From NCBI GenBank assembly GCA_054661495.1, contig BAAFSQ010000263.1, positions 1-13,851 on the forward strand: a DNA stretch of 13,851 bases, written 5' to 3'. The notes beneath the pieces were generated by a model, which saw nothing but the letters and a program-made list of their open reading frames with translations, ran no database searches and was not told the DNA's origin. Source of the stretch: Zygophlyctis sp. KS116. Lineage: Eukaryota > Fungi > Chytridiomycota. The translations under genes were made by a program, and so were the position numbers. Shown here one piece after another: positions 1 through 9,714 of this stretch (position 1 is the stretch's first letter; every line of letters starts with the position of its first letter).

Positions 1-632
1 CATGGTAATAGGGAAATTTTAACTTTTAGACACATCCTAAAGTTGACAAGGGTGCTTTTGCGTCTGATTCTATAATTCGGCTTCGTGATCCTTCTGCTGG
101 ATTTCCTATTGGTCAGTCTCTAGGAATAGTTAAATGGAGATATACAACAAAGGATGAATCAAAAGTTCCTCTTAATAGTATTTTATTTTGTTCTTATTTT
201 AAAGTTTACTGCTGGCCTTCACCAACTGGATCGGGAACTTGTGATGTTAATGTGGAATATAATTTAGCAAATGCTAAAGAATTGTATAATGTATCTGTGG
301 TTATTCCTTTACCAGGAAATTCTGCTCCAAGAGTTGGAGACTGTAATGGATCATACTCTGTAGATCCATCTAGAAAATGTCTAATCTGGAAAATACCCTT
401 AATTGACAGTTCCAACTCTTCTGGAATGATTGAATTTACTGTTTCTAGTGAAGATGTGGATAGTTTATTCCCTATACAAGCTACATTCTCTAGCAAGTCA
501 TTGTTTTGTGAGCTGCAGGTAAAGATAATATCTATTAAATTGTAGATTCCAACTATTCGTGATTTAAATGGAGCAGAGGTGGAATTTTTCACAGAAACAA
601 ATTTTGACTGTGATGATTACCGCATCGTCTAA
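1..632 (+). CDS. RET2: Coatomer subunit delta (delta-COP), 3' part with mu-homology domain; 5' end outside the window
   Basis: Removing GT-AG introns 5-29, 178-204 and 519-545 gives ...THPKVDK...[13 protein letters not shown]...VPLNIYCWPS...CDVNVEY...[19 protein letters not shown]...LFPIQATF...DDYRIV* (TAA 630-632). THPxVDK, KWR, PLxIxCWPS and SGxxEF are delta-COP hallmarks. Confidence 0.93.
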
Positions 633-3600
633 GACTATTCTCTGGATTGGGTAAACCATTCATAAATAACAGAAGAATTATATTTCATTTAATTTACTCT
701 TGGTCCATTTTTGACATTTACTTTACTTCGCCATTAGTTCATGGAATGGAACCAGTTAGCCCACCGCCAGCACCGGCAAAGCGTTTGGTCTTGGCAGTTG
801 GTAAATTTTATTGCATTGATATTAGCTGATGGATTGAGAGCCGATAAGCTTTTTGAAGAGCACCTTTCCAGGGCAAAGTTTCTATCTTCGGTCGTTGAGA
901 CTCGTGGTACATGGTAGGGATTGTTGGCAAATGTTTATAGACATTTGGCATTAAATATATTCTTATTTATAGGGGAATATCTCATACAAGAGTACCGACT
1001 GAAAGTCGACCTGGTCATGTCGCCATAATAGCTGGGTTTTACGAGGATGTCTCGGCTGTTACTAAAGGATGGAAGATGAATCCTGTTAATTTTGACTCTG
1101 TATTCAATGAGTCATTTAGAACTTGGTCTTTTGGAAGCCCAGATATTCTTCCCATGTTTAAATACGGTGCCACAGATCAGGAAAAGGTGGAAATCTTTAT
1201 GTATCCTGCCGAATCTGAAGATTTTGCTGGGACAGGTAGCAAGCCGCTTTAAATTTTAGATTTATACCTCCTAGATATATTTGTGTTTGAAAATGTGGAA
1301 AAGTTGCTCAAGAGAGCAGAGACTGATAAGAAATTAGACAAATTACTTCGGAGCGAAAAGATTGTCTTCTTCTTACAGTATCTTTAATTTTTCTAATTTT
1401 CAGTTTATTGGGACTAGATACAAATGGGCATGCACATCGTCCTCATTCTAGGGAATATTTGGATAATATTAAAGTGGTTGATCAAGGTTTAGAGAAAATT
1501 GAAGCACTTATGAATGAGTTTTATGGAGATGATAAAACTGCTTTTATTATGACTGCAGACCATGGTATGAGTGACAGAGGTAGTCACGGTGATGGACATC
1601 CAGACAATACTCAAACACCATTGATTGCTTGGGGAGCAGGGATCTCTTTTCCGAATACTTCTCATCCTTCTGGACATGACCATATTTCTGAAAACTGGGG
1701 ATTATCACATTTGCAGAGAAATGATGTTGAGCAGTAATTATTTTATGAATAATCCAAACAGAGCAGATATCTCCCCTCTTATGTCATCACTTGTAGGAGT
1801 TCCTTATCCAATGAATTCAGTTGGCGTTCTCCCCCTTCCATATTTGAATAATTCAGGTCATTACAAGGCTTTGGCTGCGTTTGGAAATGCAAAGCAAATT
1901 TTGGCCAGCTTTCTGGTGAAGGAAGCTCTGACAAAAAAACATGAAATATTTTTTCAGCCTTTTAAGCCGTTGAAAAACCATGCTGAAATATTGGAAAATA
2001 TCGAAGAAAAAATTGATTCAAATATGATTGAAGAAGCCCAAGAGCTAAGTGTACAGCTGATTCAGCTGAGCTTAAGTGGACTAAATTATTACCAAAAGTA
2101 TGATTTTGTTGATACTTAAAATTTAGGTACGATTGGTTCTTTTTAAGATCTGCTATTTCTTGTGGATATATTGGATGGATATTGTTTGCACTCTTGCATA
2201 TTATCCAGAACTTTTCACAACTTCCCCGTAAAAAGTCTAGGCTTTCATCTACTGTCGCATTCTCTTGGAATATACTCGCCATACTTTTTGCGTTCTTCTT
2301 ATCTGGATTTTTGTATTTAAAGCAATCGCCATTCCAGTATTATGCATATGTTGCATTCCCGATTTACTTTTGGAAAACAGTTTTTCAGGAATCTAATACT
2401 CTTTTTTGTCATATAAATGCCAAAACCTTCTGGAATATTTTTGTGAAGATACTAGCTTATATTCTTGGCTTAGAGCTCTTAGTCTGCAGTTATTTTGATA
2501 GAAGTTTGCTTAGCTATACTTTGGTTGCGTTTAGTATATTGGTGCCAATATTCCTAGATTCTCAAGTCCGCGCAAAAAACCATATGCTTGTTGGTTATTG
2601 GTCTTTATCTTGTATTGCGACAAGTGTGTTTCCCTTTCTACCCGTAGAACAAGAAGAAAACATTACCATGGTTTCAGCTGGAGCCGTATTGATTGCTATT
2701 TCAGGGGCTCTTTTCCTAATTAACCTTCCTGAAACTGCAAACAAAAGAGAAAATAGTTTTTTCGAACGGGTTCTTATCAAACTTCAGGTAAGTTTTACTG
2801 GTTTTCAACTCTAAGCTTTTCCTTCTATTATCTAGCTATTATCTAGTCGTTGATACATCTGAAAAGTTATCTTTGAAGCAAGGACTCCCATTCTTCAATA
2901 AATTTGGGAATTGGGCCATTTTGGGTGAGTTTATTTTGCTAAATGTTAGTTCTCTGCATACTTTTACCTATTATTGATCGTCTTAGAGGACCTTGTCATT
3001 ATTCACGGAGAGCTCTAGTAATCTATCTCTCATTTGCTCCTGTCTTTGTCCTTCTTAGCATTTCGTAATTCAAGTATTCTTTAATCACTAGATTTGAAGT
3101 ATTATTTTACTTTTCCTTTTCAAATCTATTGGCTGCTTGGATACTACTAGAAAAGGAAATATCAGGAAAAAATCGGAAATCATTCTTGGAAATTTCTCAT
3201 TTACGGTCTGCCTTCTTTTTTTCATTCCTGATTAATCTAGCATTTTTTGGAACTGGAAACATTGCTTCTGTTAGCTCATTTTCAATTGCTTCAGTCTATA
3301 GATTTATCACAATCTTCAATCCTTTCCTAATGGGATCACTTTTAATCTTCAAAATTTTGATTCCATTCTTCCTTTTAAGTGCAGCTTTAGGACTACATTG
3401 TGTTATTTCATCTTTATCCCCTTGGTCTCTCTTTCTTCTTGTACTCTCTACTACGGACATTATGACTCTAAATTTCTTTTACTTGGTAGTTGATACAGGA
3501 AGTTGGTTAGAAATTGGAACTACAATTTCTCACTTTATGATTGCTTCGGCTTTTATAATATTCCAGATTATCCTGTTTTCAGCATCTAATTTGCTCTTGG

Positions 3601-3638
3601 GACAGGTATGGACTAGTTTAAAAAACAAGGTTTATTAG
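613..3638 (+). CDS. MCD4: GPI ethanolamine phosphate transferase 1 (Mcd4/PIG-N)
   Basis: Spliced product has [108 protein letters not shown] and a multi-TM C-terminal half. Introns: 651-675 (or 672), 801-825, 914-972, 1236-1259, 1378-1403, 1734-1761, 2098-2126, 2788-2815, 2925-2949, 3065-3091. The start at ATG 613 ([13 protein letters not shown]) is inferred. TAG at 3636-3638. Confidence 0.95.
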
Positions 3639-3940
3639 CAAGATTGTTGATTTTCTCCCAGAGTAATAATCTCCCAGTCATGATCATTATTTACATTTTC
3701 CCAGTCTAACTGGTGAATTTGATTAGATGCAGCAGCCTGAACAGATTTTGAAGGGAAATAAACCAATTTTCTAAAGAATGACATGAATTTGTCTGAAACC
3801 AAATTATTTGTAGGATTTATAGCAAGCTTTTCTAAATCTTTAAAAAAAAGCAAGAGTGCTCTAGTAGTGCGCATATATTTACTCATGAATCTTGATATTT
3901 TCTTAGCAGCAATCACTTGTGCAACAGATATTTGAGCCAT
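3635..3940 (-). CDS. Hypothetical 101-aa protein
   Basis: ATG-initiated ORF that exactly fills the gap between MCD4 and CFD1. It has an amphipathic basic N-terminus and an acidic C-terminus with DWENV and DWEII. No family recognised. Confidence 0.5.
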   Translation of the reverse strand: MAQISVAQVIAAKKISRFMSKYMRTTRALLLFFKDLEKLAINPTNNLVSDKFMSFFRKLVYFPSKSVQAAASNQIHQLDWENVNNDHDWEIITLGENQQSC

Positions 3941-3952
3941 TTACAAATTTGA

Positions 3953-4770
3953 ATGGCCTGCGATGAGCCCCAAGTGATTCTTATTCTATCGGGAAAAGGA
4001 GGTGTTGGTAAATCCTTTGTATCTGTAAATGTTGCATTGTATCTCTCTGCTGCCGGATATAAGGTCGGTCTGTTGGATGCTGATCTAACTGGTCCCAATC
4101 TTCCTCTCTTGTTAGGACAGACTGAAGCAATTGTTAAATCATCACAAGAAGGGAAATGGATCCCGGCAAATGTCACTGATTCTCTAAAATTACTATCGAT
4201 AGCTTTATTACTTCCTGATTCAAGTGATGCAGTGATTTGGAGAGGTCCTAAAAAATCTGCCCTGATTAATCAGTTTTTAAGAGATGTAGATTGGGGATCT
4301 ATAGACTATTTAATCATTGATACTCCTCCTGGTACATCTGATGAACATTTATCATTGGTTCAAGGATTAAATGATCCATCAGCGATTTTAGTGACTACAC
4401 CACAAGCTGTTTCATTATCAGATGTTCGAAAAGAATATGATTTTTGTAAGAGATCTGGGATAAAAGTGCTTGGATTAGTAGAAAATATGGCTGGATTCAC
4501 ATGTCCAAAATGTTTAGTATATAGCATTTTCTAAATTTTTAGGATTGCGCTCTATTATTCTCTTCTGGAGGTGGAGAAGCTATGGCTCAAGAATTTAATT
4601 TTCCATTTTTAGGTAATATATTGTAAATTTAAGTTTAAGGATCTGTTCCAATTAATCCTCTAGTATCATCAAGTCTTCAAAATAATCCAAACGAATTTAT
4701 AGAACTTTATAAAGATTCATCGTCATGGAAAACGTTTGATGGTATAATGAATAAAGTATTGAATTCTTGA
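3953..4770 (+). CDS. CFD1: Cytosolic Fe-S cluster assembly scaffold Cfd1/NUBP2 (Mrp/NBP35 P-loop NTPase)
   Basis: Deviant Walker A SGKGGVGKS, LLDADLTGP, AVIWRGPKK, DYLIIDTPPGTSDEH, VTTPQAVSLSDVRKE and ENMAGFTCPKC. It lacks the N-terminal four-Cys extension of Nbp35. Introns 4517-4542 and 4613-4639 extend the frame through SSGGGEAMA...PFLGSVPINP to TGA 4768-4770. Confidence 0.93.
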
Positions 4771-4842
4771 AACTTGAACCTGATCATAGATCGCCTTCCC
4801 ATGCCGCTTCATTGGCGTCTTTAAAGTAACAATTGAAGTAAA

Positions 4843-5511
4843 ATGGAAGCATCAGACATTGTAATATTTATTTCGATCGGATTTCTAGCAGGTGTTGCAA
4901 GTACAAGTATATTCTTTATTCTCTGGAACAAGAGAAATAACAAGACAAAAGTAGATAAAAAGGTTCGTTTTGATCTAGAAAACATTACTACAATCGGTTT
5001 TCTCCCTTCACCAGTCATCGGAGACTCTTTCATGGATGAAATTGTTACTCCGATCAATACAATTACAATATGGAAAGACGATCAGTTGGTGGATGAACCG
5101 CTCGCTTTAAAAGAAGAAAACAGTTTTGATTCTTTGCATGAATCTCCCAGAGAATCAATTTACCTCCCCAAAGAATTTAATGAATCTGCAAACTCAATGG
5201 ATCATCCGTCTATTAAGCCAGTTTTAGTCATTAATACCTCTGCAGTCACTGATAACAAGCCAAAACCTGCAAATGTAAATAAACACACCAGTATCAAAAT
5301 TAAGAAATCAGACTATAAGAAGGAAAAATCAGTCGCTCGCACAAAATCATATCCATTACCATCAAAATCTGTTAAAGAAAATGTTCGACCACAGTCTGTA
5401 ACGTTCAAAACTAAAAAGAAAAGTGTACTAGTTCCAGATGAATCTTCTGATCTTGAAGATGATATGCCACTAGGATTAAAACAATTTACAGTCTTAACTA
5501 TTCTTGAATGA
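4843..5511 (+). CDS. Hypothetical single-pass membrane protein 1 (222 aa)
   Basis: Long ORF with an N-terminal hydrophobic helix IVIFISIGFLAGVASTSIFFILW, then a basic stop-transfer stretch and a low-complexity tail ending SSDLEDDMPLG. Confidence 0.75.
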   Translation: MEASDIVIFISIGFLAGVASTSIFFILWNKRNNKTKVDKKVRFDLENITTIGFLPSPVIGDSFMDEIVTPINTITIWKDDQLVDEPLALKEENSFDSLHESPRESIYLPKEFNESANSMDHPSIKPVLVINTSAVTDNKPKPANVNKHTSIKIKKSDYKKEKSVARTKSYPLPSKSVKENVRPQSVTFKTKKKSVLVPDESSDLEDDMPLGLKQFTVLTILE

Positions 5512-5584
5512 ATATTTTCAAAAGTTTCTTAGGAAATCCATTCGATGGCGCAACTTGCGAATTTGCTTAAAATAGATTTTTAAA

Positions 5585-6038
5585 ATGTCTCTCTATGTCA
5601 AGCCTCGGCCATTGGATATATTTGTTACACTGATCATTGGAATAGCATTGGGATCTATTTTAACCTCTCTCTACTTTTACCTTGTTGTCAAGGATAAGTG
5701 GGAAAGGAGTTGGGATTACAAGAGGATAAAGGTAATTATAAAACTCTCAACTTTAGACAATGTCTCAGATTATGTTGCCACAAATACCTTTTGATGATGC
5801 AACTCTAGCTAGAAGTTCAATTCAGGATAGGGAGGATAGCAATATTCCTATCGCTGATGAGGCAGTAACTGATGCGGCAGTATTGCAAAATATTTTGGCC
5901 GAAGATCAAAAACATACTTCTCATGATTCTTATTTCTCTACATCACTAGGACAGCCTAGAAATATAACATTTGCGAGTTTATCGGATGATCAAGATATTC
6001 AAAATGTATTCAGAGGAAACGGGAGAGTAAATAATTAA
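5585..6038 (+). CDS. Hypothetical single-pass membrane protein 2 (two exons)
   Basis: A 25-nt intron at 5732-5756 (gtaatt...tttag) joins ORF 5585 (TM helix IFVTLIIGIALGSILTSLYFYLVV) in frame to ORF 5760-6038 (...KRIK|TMSQIMLPQI...). Confidence 0.72.
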
Positions 6039-6178
6039 CTTTAATTAGTTTCTCTTTCAGACTATGGCTTAACAGTTTCTATTTTCTGAATATTTATAGA
6101 ATTGTTACTGATAAGACTGTCCAAGAAATCTATTTTCTAAAAATAAACGTTACTATTTATATTTCAAACCAAGTTTTT

Positions 6179-7387
6179 ATGTCAATACTCAAAAGACAAA
6201 CTGGAGAAGCTCCTCCAAATCCATCATCCTCCATTTATCCATCTTACATCGTTATAGCATTCTTGGCTGGACTTTTAGTTGGAATCCTCTTGTCAATAGC
6301 TGCATTCTATTTAAAAAGAAGATGGATGACTAGACAAAGAGATGCAAACATGAGAAAACTACAAATCGCTAGCAGATCTTCTCTAATACTTCCTCAGATT
6401 AATAGTCCGTCATTATTAGATGCTGTAAATGCAGATGTGATGCAAAGGAGGAAATCTATATTCTCTTTGCAGCAGCAATCTGCTATAGAAAGGCCAAATA
6501 TTGAAAATGATATTCAGATCATAACAATGGAGGAAATGTCCAGTCATTTTGGAATTGATTCTTTGTTCATTGAAACAGATGCTGTGAATGAGTCCGATCA
6601 GACCGATCAGAAACAGCATTCCGAATCAACCTCTAAATCTCCCTCTTATAAATTAAATGATCTGTCGAATCAGGATCTATCAAAAGTTATTTCAGAATCC
6701 AAAGATCTTTCAGACTCTCCAAATTCAAACAATGAACTCGAGGCCGAAATCGAGCTGGAATCCAAAATTTCTCAAACTGCTAGCTTAAAAGAGAAATTAG
6801 ATCAATGCGATTCTGGTATTTCTCTACCAAATCCAATAGATACTACTAAATCTATTCAAATTGAAAAGATTAAAACGTCTAGTGCCAAATCAGCCACTAA
6901 ATCTACAAAATCTCAACAATCTTCAAACCATTTATCCAATTCTGGAAGTTCTGAAGATGATAATTCACCATTGGCAATGCTCTTGGATAGTATTAGTCCA
7001 TCAAGTAATGAATCATTTAATCTTCCAGAAATTTCAAAAGATTCCCGATTGGGAATGCTCTTGGATGAGCATGATTCAGCTTCATATAATGAGGATTCTG
7101 ATTCAACTTTTGATCTTACAAGATCGTATAGTAATTCAGAGTCCCTAAATTCAGATTTGGCAGACAAACAATCACAAGAAATTCCAGGCTCAAGAAAATC
7201 GGATTCTATAGAAAATACTACATCCAATGTTTTACCAAATCCAATAGACACGTCACAGGAATCTATTAAGATCAAGGCACTACTATCTGCAAAGTCTGGC
7301 GATTCTACAAAATCTTCAAATCCATCGTCTATCTCACAGACTGATTCCCCGTTAGGAATGCTTTTGAAAACAGAGTACAAGAATTAA
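6179..7387 (+). CDS. Hypothetical single-pass membrane protein 3 (402 aa, Ser-rich tail with internal repeats)
   Basis: TM helix IVIAFLAGLLVGILLSIAAFYL followed by KRR. Long Ser/Asp-rich tail with LPNPIDT twice and (P/R)L(G/A)MLL three times. Confidence 0.8.
   Translation: MSILKRQTGEAPPNPSSSIYPSYIVIAFLAGLLVGILLSIAAFYLKRRWMTRQRDANMRKLQIASRSSLILPQINSPSLLDAVNADVMQRRKSIFSLQQQSAIERPNIENDIQIITMEEMSSHFGIDSLFIETDAVNESDQTDQKQHSESTSKSPSYKLNDLSNQDLSKVISESKDLSDSPNSNNELEAEIELESKISQTASLKEKLDQCDSGISLPNPIDTTKSIQIEKIKTSSAKSATKSTKSQQSSNHLSNSGSSEDDNSPLAMLLDSISPSSNESFNLPEISKDSRLGMLLDEHDSASYNEDSDSTFDLTRSYSNSESLNSDLADKQSQEIPGSRKSDSIENTTSNVLPNPIDTSQESIKIKALLSAKSGDSTKSSNPSSISQTDSPLGMLLKTEYKN
6825..7370 (+). repeat. 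Degenerate intragenic duplication in membrane protein 3
   Basis: taccaaatccaataga is identical at 6825 and 7233 (offset 408 nt, in frame). aatgctcttggat occurs near 6976 and 7054, with a variant near 7357. Confidence 0.75.
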
Positions 7388-7494
7388 TAGTATTATTAAA
7401 TAAATATAAGAAGCTGCATGCAATTTACAAAAAGTTGCGGAGACTTAACAGCAAAAATTTCCGCTGATCTTAGATCTAAAAAAGTAAAAGTCTA

Positions 7495-9714
7495 ATGAAT
7501 TCAGGAATTTATACTGCTACATACTCTGGTGTTCGAGTCTATGAAACAATGATCCATGGAGTTCCAGTCATGCGAAGAATTCATGATTCATACATGAATG
7601 CAACTCAGATTCTTAAAGTTGCTGGAGTTCCAAAGCCAAAAAGAACTAAAATTCTGGAAAGAGAAGTCTCTCTAGGAGATTATGAAAAGATACAAGGTGG
7701 ATATGGAAAATACCAAGGGACATGGTATGATCTATTTGAATTTATTTTGAAAGGATAACTCTAGAAGCATCGATACGATTAGCTAAAAGCTATGATGTAT
7801 CTGATGTACTCAATCCTCTTATCTCATTTGATCCTTCAAAGGATACTCTAGAACCAAAACCACCACAGACAACATCAAGATCAGCCGTTCCTTTAGATCC
7901 AGGAACCCCAAAATTAACTAGATTACGGGCGTATAGATCAACTGTGACAGACTTACCTTCCCCACAATTAGGAGATGGTGAATTGGAGGAAAATGATCTT
8001 GGATTAGATTCAATGGTTGCTCAAGAGACTTTTATAACTCCAAAAGGGAAAAATTCGCCGTATTCTTCCCCAAGACGGAAATATACAAGTAATAAAAGAG
8101 TTCGGGAAAATGAAATAGAAATGATTTTGGATGATGTTCCAAAAACTCCAATGTTTGGAGAAATTTTGTCATCAATGGTTATTAATAAGCCATCTAGAAT
8201 TTCTAAAAGTCAGGAAATAATATCATCAAAAGTTTCTCTATTGCCAGTAAAGATTAGGCAAAAAGAAATTTTAAAAATGATTTATGTTTATGGTGATTCA
8301 ACAATACCTACTATCTTGGGTCTGCTGACAAATGCAGATGGAATTGAAGTTGATTTAGCCTTGGATGAAGAAGAAAATACACCTCTACATTGGGCAGCTG
8401 CAATGTGTCAGTTAAGTTTAGTAGCAGCACTTGTTGAAAAAGGAGCAAATCTTTTTAAAACTAATATTCATGGAGAAACTGCAGTCATGAGAGCTTTAGA
8501 TTTTTCTTCAGTGTATCGCCATCAGTGTGGACCGGAATTATTTTTGTTACTAAGAGATTCTGTTTATGCTGTAGATGGTGAAGAGCAAACAATTTTGCAT
8601 CATCTAGCACAAGGCTCTCTCTTAAAGGACAATTGGAAATTTACAAGATATTACTCTCAATGCATTTATAAATTTCTTAAAAGAGAATCCATGACTGGAG
8701 TTGAAATACAAGAATATTTAGATTCTCAAGATATTCTTCAGAATACAGCTTTACATTATGCTATAAGACAAAGGTTTTACAAGTTTGTGGAATTGCTGAT
8801 TAAACTTGGATGTAGAAGTGACATTCCCAATTTATCTGGACAAACTGCTGCGCAGTTGGCTGAAAAAGACTTTAAAATGTCTCGGATTTTTAAAAATATA
8901 CCAAAGGTAATTTTGGAGTATTTCTCATTTAAAGGACAGTTATGGGCTCTTTAGTTCAGATCTAGTTGATTATGATCTTTTGGATGATGATATGCCTACT
9001 CCAACACTTTCAGAGTTTTCTGATGAAGAAGATATTGTCGCAGCTGCTGAAAGTTTAGTTGGTGTCAAATCCGAGTTTGGGTCATTGACAAATACAGATG
9101 TTGAAATGAATGATACTGGAAGTACTCAAATGATTAAAACAGAATCAGAATCGTCCAAATCAAGCGCTCATAAATCCGAAAGACAAAAAGAGAGACTAAA
9201 TGAAAAAACAGTTGATGAGAGTAGCTCTCTTCTAAATCAGACTTCATTTGCAAAAACAGTCATACCATATGCTAGCCCACTTCAATTACAAAAAATTAAG
9301 CACTTCCTAGAGAATGTGCAGGATGATATGGAAGAAGTCAGTTACAAAAAAGCCCGCATCGCAAGCATTTATGAAGAAGCCAAACAATTGGAGATCAAAT
9401 CCAAGTTTATGGATGAAAAAAATCAGTCTTCCTCACCAATCATACCGCCTTCTGAAAACCAAGAATTAGATGATACTTTAGTTGAATTAATGAATGATCA
9501 TATTTTAGAGCTACAAGATAAAGTCAAGAATGCCATACAAACCCGTAAGATGATGTTTTCGGAAATAGAAGGCCTTGAATCAAGCCGAGCAGCCAAAGAC
9601 TTACATTTTCGACAATCCTTCTCCTCTACCCTTGGAACTCCTCTTGAACAACTCACACCATTACTCAACGATAGAATTCAGGAAGGATCGAATGAAGGAC
9701 GCTTTAATCAATAA
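7495..9714 (+). CDS. MBP1: APSES (KilA-N) plus ankyrin-repeat G1/S transcription factor, Mbp1/Swi4/Res1-2 family
   Basis: [13 protein letters not shown]...[20 protein letters not shown]...RTKILERE...[15 protein letters not shown]. Ankyrin motifs [24 protein letters not shown] and NTALHYA, and a C-terminal coiled-coil-like region. Introns 7725-7753 and 8907-8934 restore the frame. The exact paralog (Mbp1 vs Swi4/Res) cannot be resolved here. Confidence 0.9.

Noticed and set aside
206-592. 128-aa minus-strand ORF
   Set aside because: Antisense shadow of delta-COP with no recognisable motifs.
647-3638. MCD4 (and likewise PrimPol) as frameshifted pseudogenes or an alternative genetic code
   Set aside because: Every break is resolved by a GT-AG intron that restores conserved motifs under the standard code.
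3953-4770. NBP35 or mitochondrial Ind1 instead of CFD1
   Set aside because: No N-terminal Cys cluster and no mitochondrial presequence before the Walker A motif.
6913-7380. 155-aa minus-strand ORF and the 6861-7148 alternate-frame ORF
   Set aside because: Shadows of a Ser-rich low-complexity CDS, which is naturally poor in antisense stops.
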